Origin: Anaeromyxobacteraceae bacterium
GTDB lineage: Bacteria > Myxococcota > Myxococcia > Myxococcales > Anaeromyxobacteraceae
Assembly (NCBI GenBank): GCA_047602405.1
Contig: JASGHJ010000002.1
Span: forward strand, 1,504,001-1,568,000
Length of the DNA stretch: 64,000 bases
Direction: 5' to 3'
The notes beneath the pieces were generated by a model. That model saw only the letters and a program-made list of their open reading frames with translations, was not told the origin of the DNA and ran no database searches. Below, piece after piece: positions 21,174 to 33,760 of this stretch. Positions within the stretch are counted from its first letter, which is position 1; each line of letters begins with the position of its first letter. A program made the position numbers and the translations under genes.

Positions 21174-21389
21174 CTAAGGGCCCTTCTCCTCGCGCTCGTC
21201 CTCGCGGGCGACGCCGGAGAGCACGTCGTTCACGGAGGGGAAGCGCATGATCTCGTTCCGGGCGATCCTCCAGGCCTGCTGGACGATCCAGGAGAGCGAG
21301 CGGTCCTGGCGGGTCGCCTCGGCCTGGATCTCGTTCAGCATGTCCTCGGGGAAGTACAGGCTCTGCTTGCGCTTGTCGGTTCCGGGCAT
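21174..21389 (-). CDS. Myxobacterial small protein, TIGR04563-type (RHH-like)
   Basis: DKRKQSLYFPEDML.EI..EA.RQDRSLSWIVQQAWRIAR signature. Confidence 0.88.
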   Translation of the reverse strand: MPGTDKRKQSLYFPEDMLNEIQAEATRQDRSLSWIVQQAWRIARNEIMRFPSVNDVLSGVAREDEREEKGP

Positions 21390-21421
21390 CACGTCTCCAG
21401 GCTTGGGAACAAATCTCGCAC

Positions 21422-21450
21422 CTTGTACGCCGACCGCATCCCTGGGTCAA
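21422..21450 (-). promoter_or_regulatory. Putative sigma70 promoter for the TIGR04563-type gene
   Basis: Minus strand TTGACC-N17-TACAAG. Confidence 0.55.
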
Positions 21451-21519
21451 GCAAATGGCCCCACGAACGGGGGATGGTTACACGCACCGTGATCGCGTGA
21501 CGCCCACGGGGAGCGCGCG

Positions 21520-21554
21520 AAAAAAAGAGAGAGCCGGCATCGCTGCCGGCTCTC
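21520..21554 (-). terminator. Intrinsic terminator (11-bp stem, GCGA loop, U-tract)
   Basis: Minus strand GAGAGCCGGCA-GCGA-TGCCGGCTCTC-TCTTTTTTT. Confidence 0.85.
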
Positions 21555-21630
21555 CGAGGGCTCGAGGGGGGAGGGGGAATCCCCGAGCCCACGCTGTTGA
21601 GCTCCCTGACGAGATCCAGAACCCTCCACC
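21520..21630 (-). ncRNA. Candidate small regulatory RNA (5' end uncertain)
   Basis: Orphan terminator with no convincing upstream minus-strand CDS, preceded by a 10-bp stem with loop AUUCCCCCUCCCC. Confidence 0.5.
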
Positions 21631-21674
21631 CTCGGGGAACATTCCGCGTGAGAGAATCCCGGGCGCCGACGCCC

Positions 21675-22997
21675 ATGAAGGCACGCCTGAGCCCCTTCGC
21701 CGCCGCCGTGCGGACGACCCTCGAGAGCCGCCACCTCGCCGGCCCTGCGGACACCGTGCTCGTCGCCCTCTCGGCGGGTCCCGACTCGACCGCGCTCGTC
21801 GCCGCCCTCGCGGAGCTCCGCGACGCCGGGGCGCTCGGGGCGGTGCTCGCCCTCCACGTCGATCACGGCCTGCGCCCCGGCGGAGAGGCCGACGCCCGCT
21901 CGGCCGGGGCGGCCTGCGAGGTCCTGGGGGTGTCCTTCCGCTCGGTGCGGGTCGAGGTGGGGTCCGGCAACGTCCAGGCCGCGGCGCGCCGGGCGCGCTA
22001 CGCGGCGCTGCGGCAGGCGGCGGCGGACGCGGGTGCGACCCGCATCGCGACGGGCCACACCCGCACCGACCAGGCGGAGACCGTGCTCATGCGCCTCCTG
22101 CGCGGGGCGGGCGCCCGCGGGCTCGCCGGCATCCCGCCGCGCCGCGGGGCGGTCATCCGGCCGCTCATCGACCGCTCCCGCGCGGAGGGGCTCGCGCACC
22201 TCGTGGCGCGCGGGCTCGCCTGGCGGGACGACCCCACGAACGCGACCCCGCGCTACCTCCGCAACCGCATCCGCCAGGCGCTCTGGCCGGCCGCGCTCGC
22301 GCTCGCGCCGCGCGCGGAGGAGGCCCTCGCGCGCGCCGCCGACCTCGCTCGCGAGGACGAGCGCGCGCTCGCGGCCCGCGCCCGCCGGCTCGTCGCCGCG
22401 GGGGATCTGGGCGCCGCGCGGCTCGCCCGGGCCCCGGCCGCGGTGCGCCGGCGCGTGGTGCGCGCGCTCTGGCGGGCCGCGGGCAGCCCGGCCCCGCTCG
22501 GCGCGGCCCACGTGGAGGCGGTGCTCGGGATCCTGGGGCCCGGGCGTCCCCGCCGCATCCGGCTCCCGGCGGGGCTCGAGGCCCGCGTGCGCGCGGGCCT
22601 CCTCGAGCTCGGCCCCCCCCGCGAGCCGGTCCGGGCGCCCCGCCCGGCGCGGGTGGAGGGGCCCGGGAGGCTGCGGTCGGGCGAGCTGGAGCTCGAGATC
22701 GAGGCGCGGCATCCGGCCGCGGTCCCCTGGCCCCTCGAGCTGCGCGGCCGCCGCCCCGGCGATCGGTTCCGGCCCGAGGGTGGCGCCGGGGCGAAGAAGC
22801 TCGCGGCCTGGCTCGTGGACCGGAAGGTGCCGCGGGACCTGCGCGACGGGCTCGTCGTGCTCGCGGCGGGCGCCGAGGTGGTCGCGGTTCCGGAGCTCGG
22901 GGTGGTCGCCGAGGGCTACGGGGCGCGCGGGGCAGGGCTGCGGGTGCGGGTGGCACACCTGCCCGGCGGGGCTCCGGACGGCCTGCAAAGCACCTGA
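21675..22997 (+). CDS. tilS: tRNA(Ile)-lysidine synthase
   Basis: VALSAGPDS, HVDHGLR, ARRARY, ATGHTRTDQAET, DDPTN...RNRIR; upstream of ftsH. Confidence 0.93.
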   Translation: MKARLSPFAAAVRTTLESRHLAGPADTVLVALSAGPDSTALVAALAELRDAGALGAVLALHVDHGLRPGGEADARSAGAACEVLGVSFRSVRVEVGSGNVQAAARRARYAALRQAAADAGATRIATGHTRTDQAETVLMRLLRGAGARGLAGIPPRRGAVIRPLIDRSRAEGLAHLVARGLAWRDDPTNATPRYLRNRIRQALWPAALALAPRAEEALARAADLAREDERALAARARRLVAAGDLGAARLARAPAAVRRRVVRALWRAAGSPAPLGAAHVEAVLGILGPGRPRRIRLPAGLEARVRAGLLELGPPREPVRAPRPARVEGPGRLRSGELELEIEARHPAAVPWPLELRGRRPGDRFRPEGGAGAKKLAAWLVDRKVPRDLRDGLVVLAAGAEVVAVPELGVVAEGYGARGAGLRVRVAHLPGGAPDGLQST

Positions 22998-23132
22998 TGG
23001 GCTGCTATAACCACCGGACGGGCCTGGAAGACTCGGCTCCGCTGGGACCAGGAGAGGCTTCGAGGGCGCGGGCTGGAACACCCGCGCCCGCCCGGCGGTT
23101 CCGAGACGGCGCTCCAGGAAAGGGAACCTCGC

Positions 23133-25037
23133 TTGCGACAGTCACACAAGACCGCGCTGCTCTGGGTCTTCCTCATCGTCATGGTGCTCGCGCTGTTCAG
23201 CTACATGAGCCAGAAGCAGGCCGATCCGTACAAGGACTGGTCCGAGTTCATGAAGCGGGTGGAGGCGGGCGAGGTCGAGTCCGTCGCCGTCAAGGACCTC
23301 GAGTACATCGCGACGATGAAGGACAAGGCCGCGAAGCCGATGAAGAGCATCGGCCCGCCCGACCTCTCGGCGAACATCTCCGAGCGGCTGCGCACCGCGG
23401 GCGTCGCGGTCAAGTACGAGAAGAGCGACCAGGGCTCGATCTGGGTCACGGTCATGCTGCAGTGGCTCCCGCTCGTGCTGCTCATGCTGCTGTTCTTCTT
23501 CTTCATGCGGCAGCTGCAGTCGGGCGGCGGCAAGGCCATGAGCTTCGGCAAGTCGCGCGCGAAGCTGATGACCGAGCACCACAACAAGATCACCTTCGCC
23601 GACGTCGCGGGCATCGACGAGTCGAAGGACGAGCTCGAGGAGATCATCTCCTTCCTGAAGGACCCGAAGAAGTTCACGCGCCTCGGCGGCCGCATCCCGA
23701 AGGGCGTGCTGCTCATGGGCCCCCCGGGCACCGGCAAGACGCTGCTCGCGCGCGCGGTCGCCGGCGAGGCGGGCGTGCCGTTCTTCTCGATCTCCGGCTC
23801 CGACTTCGTGGAGATGTTCGTGGGCGTCGGCGCCTCCCGCGTCCGCGACCTCTTCGAGCAGGGCAAGAAGAACGCCCCCTGCATCATCTTCATCGACGAG
23901 ATCGACGCGGTCGGCCGCCACCGCGGCGCCGGCCTCGGCGGCGGGCACGACGAGCGCGAGCAGACCCTCAACCAGCTCCTCGTGGAGATGGACGGCTTCG
24001 AGTCGAACGAGGGCGTCATCCTCATTGCCGCGACGAACCGGCCCGACGTGCTCGACCCGGCGCTGCTCCGGCCCGGCCGCTTCGACCGCCGCATCGTGGT
24101 GCCGCGCCCGGACCTCAACGGCCGGCTCGGCATCCTCAAGGTCCACACCAAGAAGACGCCGCTCGAGCCGTCGGTCGACCTCGTGCAGATCGCCCGCGGC
24201 ACGCCCGGCTTCTCCGGCGCCGACATCGAGAACCTCGTGAACGAGGCGGCGCTCTACGCGGCCCGCCGCAACCGCGAGCGGCTCGCGACCGACGACTTCG
24301 AGTTCGCGAAGGACAAGGTGCTCATGGGCACCGAGCGCCGCTCGATGTTCATCTCCGAGAAGGAGAAGCGCACCACCGCCATCCACGAGGCGGGCCACGC
24401 GCTCGTCGCGCGGGTCATCCCGGGCACCGACCCGGTGCACAAGGTGACGATCATCCCCCGCGGCCGGGCCCTGGGCCTCACCCAGCAGCTCCCGCAGGAG
24501 GATCGGCTCAACCTCTCCCAGGAGTTCGCGACGAACCAGGTCGCGATCCTCATGGGCGGCCGGCTCGCCGAGGAGATCACCTTCAACCAGCGCACCACCG
24601 GCGCGGGCAACGACATCGAGGTCGCCACGAACCTCGCGCGCTCGATGGTCTGCGAGTGGGGCATGAGCGAGAAGATGGGCCCGCTCGCCTTCGGCAAGAA
24701 GGAGGGCGAGGTGTTCCTCGGCCGCGAGATGGGCACGGTGCAGACCTTCTCCGAGCAGACCGCCCGCGACATCGACGCGGAGGTCCACCGGATCGTGACC
24801 GAGCAGTACGACCGGGCGAAGAAGATCCTCCTCGAGCACCAGGCGATCCTGAACGCCATCGCCGACGCGCTCATGGAGCACGAGACCCTCGACACGAACG
24901 ACATCGACGTCATCATGAAGGGCGGCAAGATCGACCGCCCGCCGCCCGCGAAGCCCGTCGCGGCCGCGCAGGGCGAGAAGAAGAAGCTCGGCCTCCTCGA
25001 CACGGCCGCGGCCGTCCCGGCCGCCGGCAAGGCCTAG
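23133..25037 (+). CDS. ftsH: ATP-dependent zinc metalloprotease FtsH
   Basis: Two TMs, Walker [32 protein letters not shown]. Confidence 0.98.
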   Translation: MRQSHKTALLWVFLIVMVLALFSYMSQKQADPYKDWSEFMKRVEAGEVESVAVKDLEYIATMKDKAAKPMKSIGPPDLSANISERLRTAGVAVKYEKSDQGSIWVTVMLQWLPLVLLMLLFFFFMRQLQSGGGKAMSFGKSRAKLMTEHHNKITFADVAGIDESKDELEEIISFLKDPKKFTRLGGRIPKGVLLMGPPGTGKTLLARAVAGEAGVPFFSISGSDFVEMFVGVGASRVRDLFEQGKKNAPCIIFIDEIDAVGRHRGAGLGGGHDEREQTLNQLLVEMDGFESNEGVILIAATNRPDVLDPALLRPGRFDRRIVVPRPDLNGRLGILKVHTKKTPLEPSVDLVQIARGTPGFSGADIENLVNEAALYAARRNRERLATDDFEFAKDKVLMGTERRSMFISEKEKRTTAIHEAGHALVARVIPGTDPVHKVTIIPRGRALGLTQQLPQEDRLNLSQEFATNQVAILMGGRLAEEITFNQRTTGAGNDIEVATNLARSMVCEWGMSEKMGPLAFGKKEGEVFLGREMGTVQTFSEQTARDIDAEVHRIVTEQYDRAKKILLEHQAILNAIADALMEHETLDTNDIDVIMKGGKIDRPPPAKPVAAAQGEKKKLGLLDTAAAVPAAGKA

Positions 25038-25053
25038 CGGGCGGGGAGCGCGC

Positions 25054-25908
25054 GTGGAGCTGCGCATGCGGGCCCGGACCCTCGCGGGGCCGGGCCCGTT
25101 CCTCATGGGCGTCGTGAACGCGACGCCCGACTCGTTCTCCGACGGCGGGCGCTACCTCGCCGCCGCGGACGCGGTCGCCCACGGGCTGCGGCTCGCCGGG
25201 GAGGGCGCCGACCTCCTCGACGTGGGTGGGGAGTCGACGCGCCCGGGCTCGGCGCGGGTGCCGGAGGCCGAGCAGATCGCCCGGGTGGTCCCGGTGGTGG
25301 AGGGCCTGAGGGCCCGGGGGCTCGCGCTCCCGATCTCGGTCGACACCACCCGCGCCGCCGTCGCCCGCGCCGCCCTCGAGGCCGGCGCGGACCTCGTGAA
25401 CGACGTCTCCGGGCTCTCCGACGACCCGGCGCTGGGGGCGGTGGTGGCCGCGGCGGGCGCCGGGCTCGTGCTCATGCACATGCGGGGGACGCCGGCCGAC
25501 ATGCAGACCCGGGCGGTGTACGGCGACGTCGTCCTCGAGGTCGCGGCCGAGCTGCGCCTCGCGCTCGGCCGGGCGGAGGCCGCGGGCGTCCCGGCGGACC
25601 TCGTCGTGCTCGACCCGGGGATCGGCTTCGCGAAGACCGCCGCCCAGAGCGTGGAGCTCCTCGCGCGCGTCCGGGAGCTCAGGGCGCTCGGCCGGCCGCT
25701 CCTCGTCGGCCCCTCCCGCAAGAGCTTCATCGGGCAGCTCACCGGGGCCCCGGTGGAGGACCGGCTGCCCGGGACGCTCGCCGCCGTCGCACAGTGCGTG
25801 CTCGCGGGGGTGGAGCTCCTCCGGGTGCACGACGTCGCACCCGCACGGCAGGCGGCCCGCGTGGCGCGCGCCGTCCGGGACGCGACCCCGGGGCCGGACC
25901 CGGGCTAG
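25054..25908 (+). CDS. folP: Dihydropteroate synthase
   Basis: [36 protein letters not shown] and RVHDV motifs. Confidence 0.97.
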   Translation: MELRMRARTLAGPGPFLMGVVNATPDSFSDGGRYLAAADAVAHGLRLAGEGADLLDVGGESTRPGSARVPEAEQIARVVPVVEGLRARGLALPISVDTTRAAVARAALEAGADLVNDVSGLSDDPALGAVVAAAGAGLVLMHMRGTPADMQTRAVYGDVVLEVAAELRLALGRAEAAGVPADLVVLDPGIGFAKTAAQSVELLARVRELRALGRPLLVGPSRKSFIGQLTGAPVEDRLPGTLAAVAQCVLAGVELLRVHDVAPARQAARVARAVRDATPGPDPG

Positions 25909-25921
25909 ACTGCGCGCGCCC

Positions 25922-27382
25922 ATGGCCACCACGACCTCGATCCACAGGAACGGCGCCGCCCCGGCGCCGGCCCGGAACACCGTCTCCGCCGCCGCGCCCG
26001 CCCCGAAGCCCGTCGTCCGCGAGCGGAAGCTCTTCGGCACGGACGGCGTCCGGGGCGTCGCGAACGTCCACCCGATGACCTCGGAGATGGCGCTCTCCCT
26101 CGGCCGGGCCCTGGCGTTCATGGTCCGCAACGGCCCGCATCGCCACCGCATCGTGGTGGGGAAGGACACCCGGCTCTCCGGCTACATGCTCGAGCAGGCC
26201 ATCGCCTCGGGCATCTCGTCGATGGGCGTCGACGTCATGCTCTCCGGCCCGCTCCCGACGCCGGGCATCGCCTTCCTGACCGAGTCGATGCGCGCCGACG
26301 CCGGCGTCGTCATCAGCGCGAGCCACAACCCGTACCAGGACAACGGCATCAAGTTCTTCTCCCGGGACGGCTTCAAGCTGCCCGACGAGGTCGAGCTCGA
26401 GATCGAGCGGCTCGTGCTCGGCGAGGACCGGCAGGAGGCGTTCCACGGCTTCAGGCCCACCGCGAACCGCATCGGCAAGGCGAAGCGCATCGACGACGCC
26501 ATCGGCCGCTACGTGGTGTTCCTGAAGTCCATCTTCCCGAAGGACCTCACCCTCGACGGCATGACGGTGGTGGTGGACTGCGGCCACGGCGCCGCCTACC
26601 AGGTCGCCCCGGCGGTGCTCGAGGAGCTCGGCGCGAAGGTCGTGCCGCTCAACGTGAAGCCGGACGGCAAGAACATCAACGACGGCTGCGGCGCGGTGCA
26701 CCCCGAGGGCATGGCGAAGGCCATCCAGCGCCACGGCGCCGACCTCGGGCTCGCCCTCGACGGCGACGCCGACCGCGTGATCCTCGCCGACGAGAAGGGC
26801 CGGGTGGTCGACGGCGACGCCATCATGGCGATCGTCGGGCGCGCGCTCGCGTCCCGCAAGCTCCTCGCGAAGAACACCGTGGTCGCGACCGTCATGTCGA
26901 GCCTCGGCCTCGAGCGGGCGCTCGCGCCGGTGAAGGCGAAGGTCGTCCGCACCCCCGTCGGCGACCGGTACGTCGTCGAGGCGATGCGCAAGCACGGCTA
27001 CAACTTCGGCGGCGAGCAGTCCGGCCACCTCATCTTCCTCGACCACGTCACGACCGGCGACGGCGTGGCGGCCGCGCTCAACGTCCTCGCGGTCATGCGC
27101 CGCGAGGGGAGGTCGCTCTCCGAGCTCGCCCGGTGCTTCGAGCCGGTCCCCCAGGCGCTCGTGAACGTCCCCGTCCGGGAGCGCCGGGCGCTCTCGGCGC
27201 TGCCGGCGGTCGGGAAGGCGATCTCCGCCGTCGAGAAGGCGCTCGGGAAGGACGGCCGGGTGCTGGTCCGGATGAGCGGCACCGAGGCCAAGGTGCGGGT
27301 GCTCGTGGAGGGGCCGGAGGCGAAGAAGGTGAAGGCCCACGCCGAGACCATCGCCGAGGCCATCCGCAAGGAGATCGGGTAG
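25922..27382 (+). CDS. glmM: Phosphoglucosamine mutase
   Basis: [28 protein letters not shown] and RMSGTE motifs. Confidence 0.97.
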   Translation: MATTTSIHRNGAAPAPARNTVSAAAPAPKPVVRERKLFGTDGVRGVANVHPMTSEMALSLGRALAFMVRNGPHRHRIVVGKDTRLSGYMLEQAIASGISSMGVDVMLSGPLPTPGIAFLTESMRADAGVVISASHNPYQDNGIKFFSRDGFKLPDEVELEIERLVLGEDRQEAFHGFRPTANRIGKAKRIDDAIGRYVVFLKSIFPKDLTLDGMTVVVDCGHGAAYQVAPAVLEELGAKVVPLNVKPDGKNINDGCGAVHPEGMAKAIQRHGADLGLALDGDADRVILADEKGRVVDGDAIMAIVGRALASRKLLAKNTVVATVMSSLGLERALAPVKAKVVRTPVGDRYVVEAMRKHGYNFGGEQSGHLIFLDHVTTGDGVAAALNVLAVMRREGRSLSELARCFEPVPQALVNVPVRERRALSALPAVGKAISAVEKALGKDGRVLVRMSGTEAKVRVLVEGPEAKKVKAHAETIAEAIRKEIG

Positions 27383-27391
27383 GCTCCCCCC

Positions 27392-28120
27392 ATGCCCGCT
27401 CGCCTGGGAGTCAACGTCGACCACGTCGCGACCCTGCGGCAGATGCGCCGCACGCCGTACCCGGACCCGGTCGCGGCCGCGGTGCTCGCCGAGCTCGCCG
27501 GCGCCGACCAGATCACCATCCACCTGCGGGAGGACCGCCGGCACATCCAGGACCGGGACCTGCAGGTGCTGCGGAAGACCGTCTCGACCCGCCTCAACCT
27601 CGAGATGGCCGCCACCCAGGAGATGGTGCGGGTCGCCTACGAGGTGAAGCCGGACATGGTGACGCTCGTGCCCGAGCGGCGCGAGGAGCTCACCACCGAG
27701 GGGGGGCTCGACGTCGTGGGCGGGCGCGACGGCCTCCGGAAGATCGTGAAGACGCTCCGCGACGCGGAGATCACCGTCTCGCTCTTCATCGACCCCGACC
27801 TCGACCAGGTGAAGGCCGCCCACCGCGCGGAGGCCCAGGTGGTCGAGCTCCACACCGGACGCTTCTGCGACGCCCGGCTCGCCACCGACCGGGCGCGGGA
27901 GCTCGAGCGCATCGTGGACGCCTGCAAGGCCTCCTCGAAGCTCGGCCTGGGGGTCGCGGCCGGGCACGGCCTCCACTACGGCAACGTGCAGGACGTCGCC
28001 CGCATCGACGAGGTGGAGGAGCTCAACATCGGCCACTCCATCGTCTCGCGGGCGGTGCTCGTGGGGCTCGAGCGGGCGGTGCGGGAGATGAAGGAGCTCA
28101 TCGCCGCCGCGCGGGGCTAG
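27392..28120 (+). CDS. pdxJ: Pyridoxine 5'-phosphate synthase
   Basis: [34 protein letters not shown] and NIGH motifs. Confidence 0.97.
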   Translation: MPARLGVNVDHVATLRQMRRTPYPDPVAAAVLAELAGADQITIHLREDRRHIQDRDLQVLRKTVSTRLNLEMAATQEMVRVAYEVKPDMVTLVPERREELTTEGGLDVVGGRDGLRKIVKTLRDAEITVSLFIDPDLDQVKAAHRAEAQVVELHTGRFCDARLATDRARELERIVDACKASSKLGLGVAAGHGLHYGNVQDVARIDEVEELNIGHSIVSRAVLVGLERAVREMKELIAAARG

Positions 28121-28135
28121 GGGAGGGAGCGTCCG

Positions 28136-28512
28136 GTGATCGTGGGCCTGGGCCTGGACCTCGTCGAGATCGCCCGGATCCGCCGGATCCTGGAGGGTCC
28201 GCCCGAGACCGCGGAGCGCTTCCTCGCGCGCTGCTTCACGCCCGGGGAGCGCGCCTACTGCGAGACCGGCGACCGCGCCGCGCGCCTCGCCGCGCGCTTC
28301 GCCGCGAAGGAGGCCGCCTCGAAGGCGCTCGGCGTGCCGAAGGGGATCGGCTTCCTCGACGTGGAGGTCGTCCCGGCCGAGGGCGGCCCGCCCGCGCTGC
28401 GCCTCGACGGGGTGGCGTCCCGGGCGGCCGCGGCGCTCGGCGTCTCCCGCGCGCTCCTCACCCTCACGCACGACGGCGGCGTGGCCGCGGCGGTGGTGGT
28501 CCTGGAGGGGCG

Positions 28513-28516
<4 letters not shown>
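28136..28516 (+). CDS. acpS: Holo-ACP synthase
   Basis: GLGLDLVEIARI, AARFAAKEA and LTHD motifs. Confidence 0.95.
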
Positions 28517-30044
<1,528 letters not shown>

Positions 30045-30048
<4 letters not shown>

Positions 30049-30581
30049 CCGCCGTCGAGGCCGCGCTCCGGACCCGCTCCGCCGCCGCCACCCGGGCGCT
30101 GGGGGAGCGGCTCGGGAAGCTGCTCCGGCCGGGCGACGCCGTGGCCCTCCTCGGCGACCTCGGCGCGGGGAAGACCCAGCTCGTGCGCGGCATCTGCCGG
30201 GGCGCCGGCGTGCCGGATGACGAGGTCTCCTCGCCCACGTTCGCCATCGTGGCCACCTACCGGGGCCGGCTGCCGGTCTTCCACGCCGACCTCTACCGCA
30301 TCGCCGACGAGGACGAGCTCTTCGCGACGGGCTTCGGCGATCTCGTGGGCGGGGAGGGGGCGCTGCTCGTGGAGTGGGCGGACCGGATCCCCGGGGCGCT
30401 CCCTGAGGAGCGGCTCACGCTCCGGCTCGCGCACCACCCCCGCCTGCCCGACGTGCGGACCGTGGCCGTGGAGGGGCGGGGCACGCGCCACGCCGCGCTG
30501 GCCCGGGCCCTCGCGGCCCCGCCTGCGCGCACGCGCGCGCGGTCCTCGACCGCCCGTCCGCGCCGGCCGAAGAAGCGGTAG
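30045..30581 (+). CDS. tsaE: tRNA threonylcarbamoyladenosine biosynthesis ATPase TsaE
   Basis: LLGDLGAGKT, VSSPTF, HADLYR and LVEW motifs. Confidence 0.95.
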
Positions 30582-30628
30582 ATCCTTTTCGCGGTCCGCG
30601 CGTCTCTCTCCCGCAGGAGGAATCACCC

Positions 30629-32300
30629 GTGAGAACTGCCCTCGTGCTCGCCCTCGCCACCGCCGCCGGCGCCAGCCGGATGGCCGGCGCCAGCGACATC
30701 CCCGCCGCCTCCCGCGTCGACGCGGTCACCGTCTACCGCCAGGGCGCGCGCGTCACGCGCGTCGCGAAGGTCGAGCTGCCGGGCGGCGCCGCCCGGATCC
30801 TGCTCGACGGCCTGCCGCTCGAGCTCGACGACGACTCGATCCGCGTGGACGGCCGGGGCACCCGGGCGAAGGTCTTCGGCGTCACCGCGGAGGTGATCAC
30901 GGCCGCCGGGACCGTCGCGGCGGAGGCCCGCGCGCTCGAGCAGCGGCTCGAGGCGCTGCAGGACGAGGACCGGGGCCTCGTCGACCGCATCCAGGCCGCC
31001 CAGGCCCGCGCGCGGTTCGTGGAGTCGCTCCGCTCGACCTACTCCGAGGAGCGGGCGAAGAACCTCGCCGTGCGCCCGGTCACGGCGAAGGAGTGGAGCG
31101 ACCTCGCCGGGTTCGTGGAGTCGGCGCTCGCCGGGTCCTCCGGCCAGGTCCGCAAGGCCGAGGCCGCCCGCCGGGAGCTCGCGCGGAAGCTCGAGCAGGC
31201 CCGGGCCGACCTCGAGAAGGTGAACGCCAAGCGCGGCGCCGCGATGAAGCGCGTGGCGGTGGAGGTCGAGTCCGACCGGGCCGGCCCGCTCGAGCTCGCG
31301 ATTCTCCTACGCGGTGGGGCAGGCCGGCTGGCAGCCGATCTGGGACGCCCGGCTCGACGCCGACGCCTCGACGATGAACCTCGCGTTCCTCGGCTCGGTC
31401 TGGAACCGCACCGGCGAGGACTGGGCGAGCGTCGCCCTCGCGGTCTCGACGGCGCAGCCGCAGCGCGGGCTGTACGTGCCGGAGGTCGCCTCCCGCTGGC
31501 TCGAGCGGTTCGTGCCGCCGCCCCCGTACGCCGCCGCGCCGGCGGCGCCGATGGCGAAGGCGGCCCGCAAGGCCACCGCCCCCGTCGCGGCCGAGGCCGC
31601 ACAGGACCGGCTCGAGGAAGAGGAGGGCGGCGTCGTCGGCCGGATGCAGGCCGCGCCGGCCACGGCGGAGGCCGGCCTGCTCTCGGCGACCTTCAAGGCC
31701 CCGCGCCGCGAGACCGTCGACGGCGCGGGCCAGGCCCGCAAGGTGTCGCTCGCGACCTTCCCCCTCAGGGCGGAGCTCGTCCGCATCGCCGCGCCGCGGA
31801 ACGAGGAGGCGGCCTTCCTCGTCGCGAAGGCGGTCAACGAGACCGGCTTCCCGCTCCTCGCGGGGTCGGCGGGCGTGTACGTCGGCGACGAGTTCGTCGG
31901 CCGCGCCGCCCTGCCGGCGACGCCGCCCGGCGGCGAGATCGAGCTCGCGTTCGGCGCCGACGATCGCGTCGAGGTCGCGCGCAAGGTGCTCGAGCGCCGG
32001 CGCGAGACCGCGGGCGTCATCTCGAAGGACGAGGTCATGCGCTACCGCGTCCGCGTGACCGTGAAGAACCGCTACGCCGCGCCGGTCGCCGTGCGCCTGC
32101 TCGACCTCGTGCCGGTGAGCCGCGACGAGAACGTGAAGGTGGCCGTGCTCGACGGCACCACGAAGGCGACCCGCGAGGACCCCGAGCGCCCCGGCGTCCG
32201 GATCCACGAGCTCACGCTGCCGGCGAAGGGCGAGCAGGTGGTGGAGCTGCGCTACGAGGTGCGCTGGCCGCGGGGCTTCCCGGTCCAGGGGCTGGAGTAG
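30629..32300 (+). CDS. MuiA-family (DUF4140 + DUF4139) exported protein; +1 frameshift at ~31302
   Basis: VDAVTVYRQGARVTR (DUF4140), coiled coil, AGWQPIWDARL...NRTGEDW..V.L.STAQP (DUF4139); frames join at GATTC 31300-31304. Confidence 0.85.
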
Positions 32301-32310
32301 GGGCTGTATT

Positions 32311-32378
32311 GCCGGGGCGCTTCGGCAGCGCCCCGCCCCGTCGAGCTGCGCTCGCCGGGGCCCCACCCCTGGCAGCGC
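32311..32378. repeat. REP-like element (module A) between convergent genes
   Basis: ccccgtcgagctgcgctcgccggggccccacccctggcagc. Confidence 0.7.
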
Positions 32379-32379
32379 A

Positions 32380-33147
32380 CTACAGCGCCGCGCGGTGGAC
32401 CCGTGCGCCGTCCTCGGTGCCCACGAAGCCGCCCTCCGGGACGACCTCCCAGCGGGCGGCCTCGCCGATCGCCTCGCTCGCGAGGACGAAGGCATGCTGG
32501 GGACCGGCCTCCGCGGCGAGGTGCAGCGTCCGGCCGTGGCGGCAGGCGGCGAGGAGCCGGCCGTCGGAGACCAGCAGGTTCAGCGAGGTCGGCTTCGCGA
32601 CGCCCGGGTGGTCGGCGTGGCCGACGACCGCCTCGGTGGTCTCCCGGAAGGCGGCCTGCACGTCGGCGAGCGAGGCCCGGTCGAGGGGCGCACGCGCCCG
32701 GAGCGCCGAGAGGAACAGGTAGAAGACGCGCTCCGAGTCGGTGGTCCCGAGGATGAGCGCGCGCAGGTCGGCGTCGATCTCCGCCTCGACGGCCTCGCGG
32801 ACCGAGGCCTCCGCGGCGAACCGCGCCACCGTGCCGTTGTGGGCGAACATCCAGCGCCCGTGCACGAAGGGGTGCGTGTTGTCGGGCGCGATGTCGCCGA
32901 CGCTCTTCTCCCGCACGTGCGCGAGCACCACCGGCGAGCGGGCCTCCGCGGCGGCGCGGGCGAAGGCGTCGTCCTCGTGCGCGGGCAGGATGCCCCGGCG
33001 AAGCTCGGGCCGGCCGCCGGCATACCAGCCGATGCCCCAGCCATGAGGGTGGCGGTGCGACTGGATGCGCAGCGCGTTCGGGGCCGTGCAGAGCGGGGCG
33101 GCGACGTCGTGGCCCGGGTGGGCGTGCTGGGCGAAGAGGCGGCACAT
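32380..33147 (-). CDS. Class II glutamine amidotransferase (YafJ/EgtC-like)
   Basis: N-terminal MCRLF, HPHGWGIGWY, LAHVR, NTHPF, FAHNG and GTTDSE motifs. Confidence 0.92.
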   Translation of the reverse strand: MCRLFAQHAHPGHDVAAPLCTAPNALRIQSHRHPHGWGIGWYAGGRPELRRGILPAHEDDAFARAAAEARSPVVLAHVREKSVGDIAPDNTHPFVHGRWMFAHNGTVARFAAEASVREAVEAEIDADLRALILGTTDSERVFYLFLSALRARAPLDRASLADVQAAFRETTEAVVGHADHPGVAKPTSLNLLVSDGRLLAACRHGRTLHLAAEAGPQHAFVLASEAIGEAARWEVVPEGGFVGTEDGARVHRAAL

Positions 33148-33169
33148 CGGGGAGGGGGAGTGTAGCAGC

Positions 33170-33703
33170 CTACAGGTCGACCTCGAGGGGCGCCCCGAAC
33201 GCGGCCGGGCGCCCGGCCCCTGCGAGGTCGTACCAGTCGATCCGCACCCGCCGGCCGGCGACCTCCAGCACCGCCGCGGTGCGCGGGAGCGAGAAGCGCC
33301 GCGGCCCGCAGGAGCCCGGGTTCACGAAGAGCCGCCCGTCGACCACCTCGGCGCCGGGCCGGTGCGAGTGGCCGTGGACGACCACCGCGGGGCGGTGGCG
33401 CGCGAGCAGCCTCCGGACCGAGGGGTGGGGCGCCGCGCGCGCGCCGAGGTCGTGCACGACCATCACGGCGAGGCCGCCCACGTCCTCGACGAGCGCCTCC
33501 GGGAGCGAGGAGAGCGGCGGCGAGACGTCGTTGTTGCCCCGCACCGCGCGGACCGGCGCGAGCCGGCGGAGCGCCTCGAGCACCGCGGGCTTCACGACGT
33601 CGCCCGCGTGCAGCACGACCGCGCAGCCGGCGAGGAGCCGGTCCAGCCCGGGATCGTGGAGGCCGTGCGAGTCGGAGACGAGGCCGGTGCGGAGGACGGA
33701 CAC
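33170..33703 (-). CDS. YfcE-family metallophosphoesterase
   Basis: SDSH, HAGD, VRGNND, GHSHRP and NPGS motifs. Confidence 0.92.
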   Translation of the reverse strand: MSVLRTGLVSDSHGLHDPGLDRLLAGCAVVLHAGDVVKPAVLEALRRLAPVRAVRGNNDVSPPLSSLPEALVEDVGGLAVMVVHDLGARAAPHPSVRRLLARHRPAVVVHGHSHRPGAEVVDGRLFVNPGSCGPRRFSLPRTAAVLEVAGRRVRIDWYDLAGAGRPAAFGAPLEVDL

Positions 33704-33760
33704 GCAGCCTCGATCCTAACGCGCGACGGGCGGGGCTGCTGCTAGAGTGCCCGCACCCTC

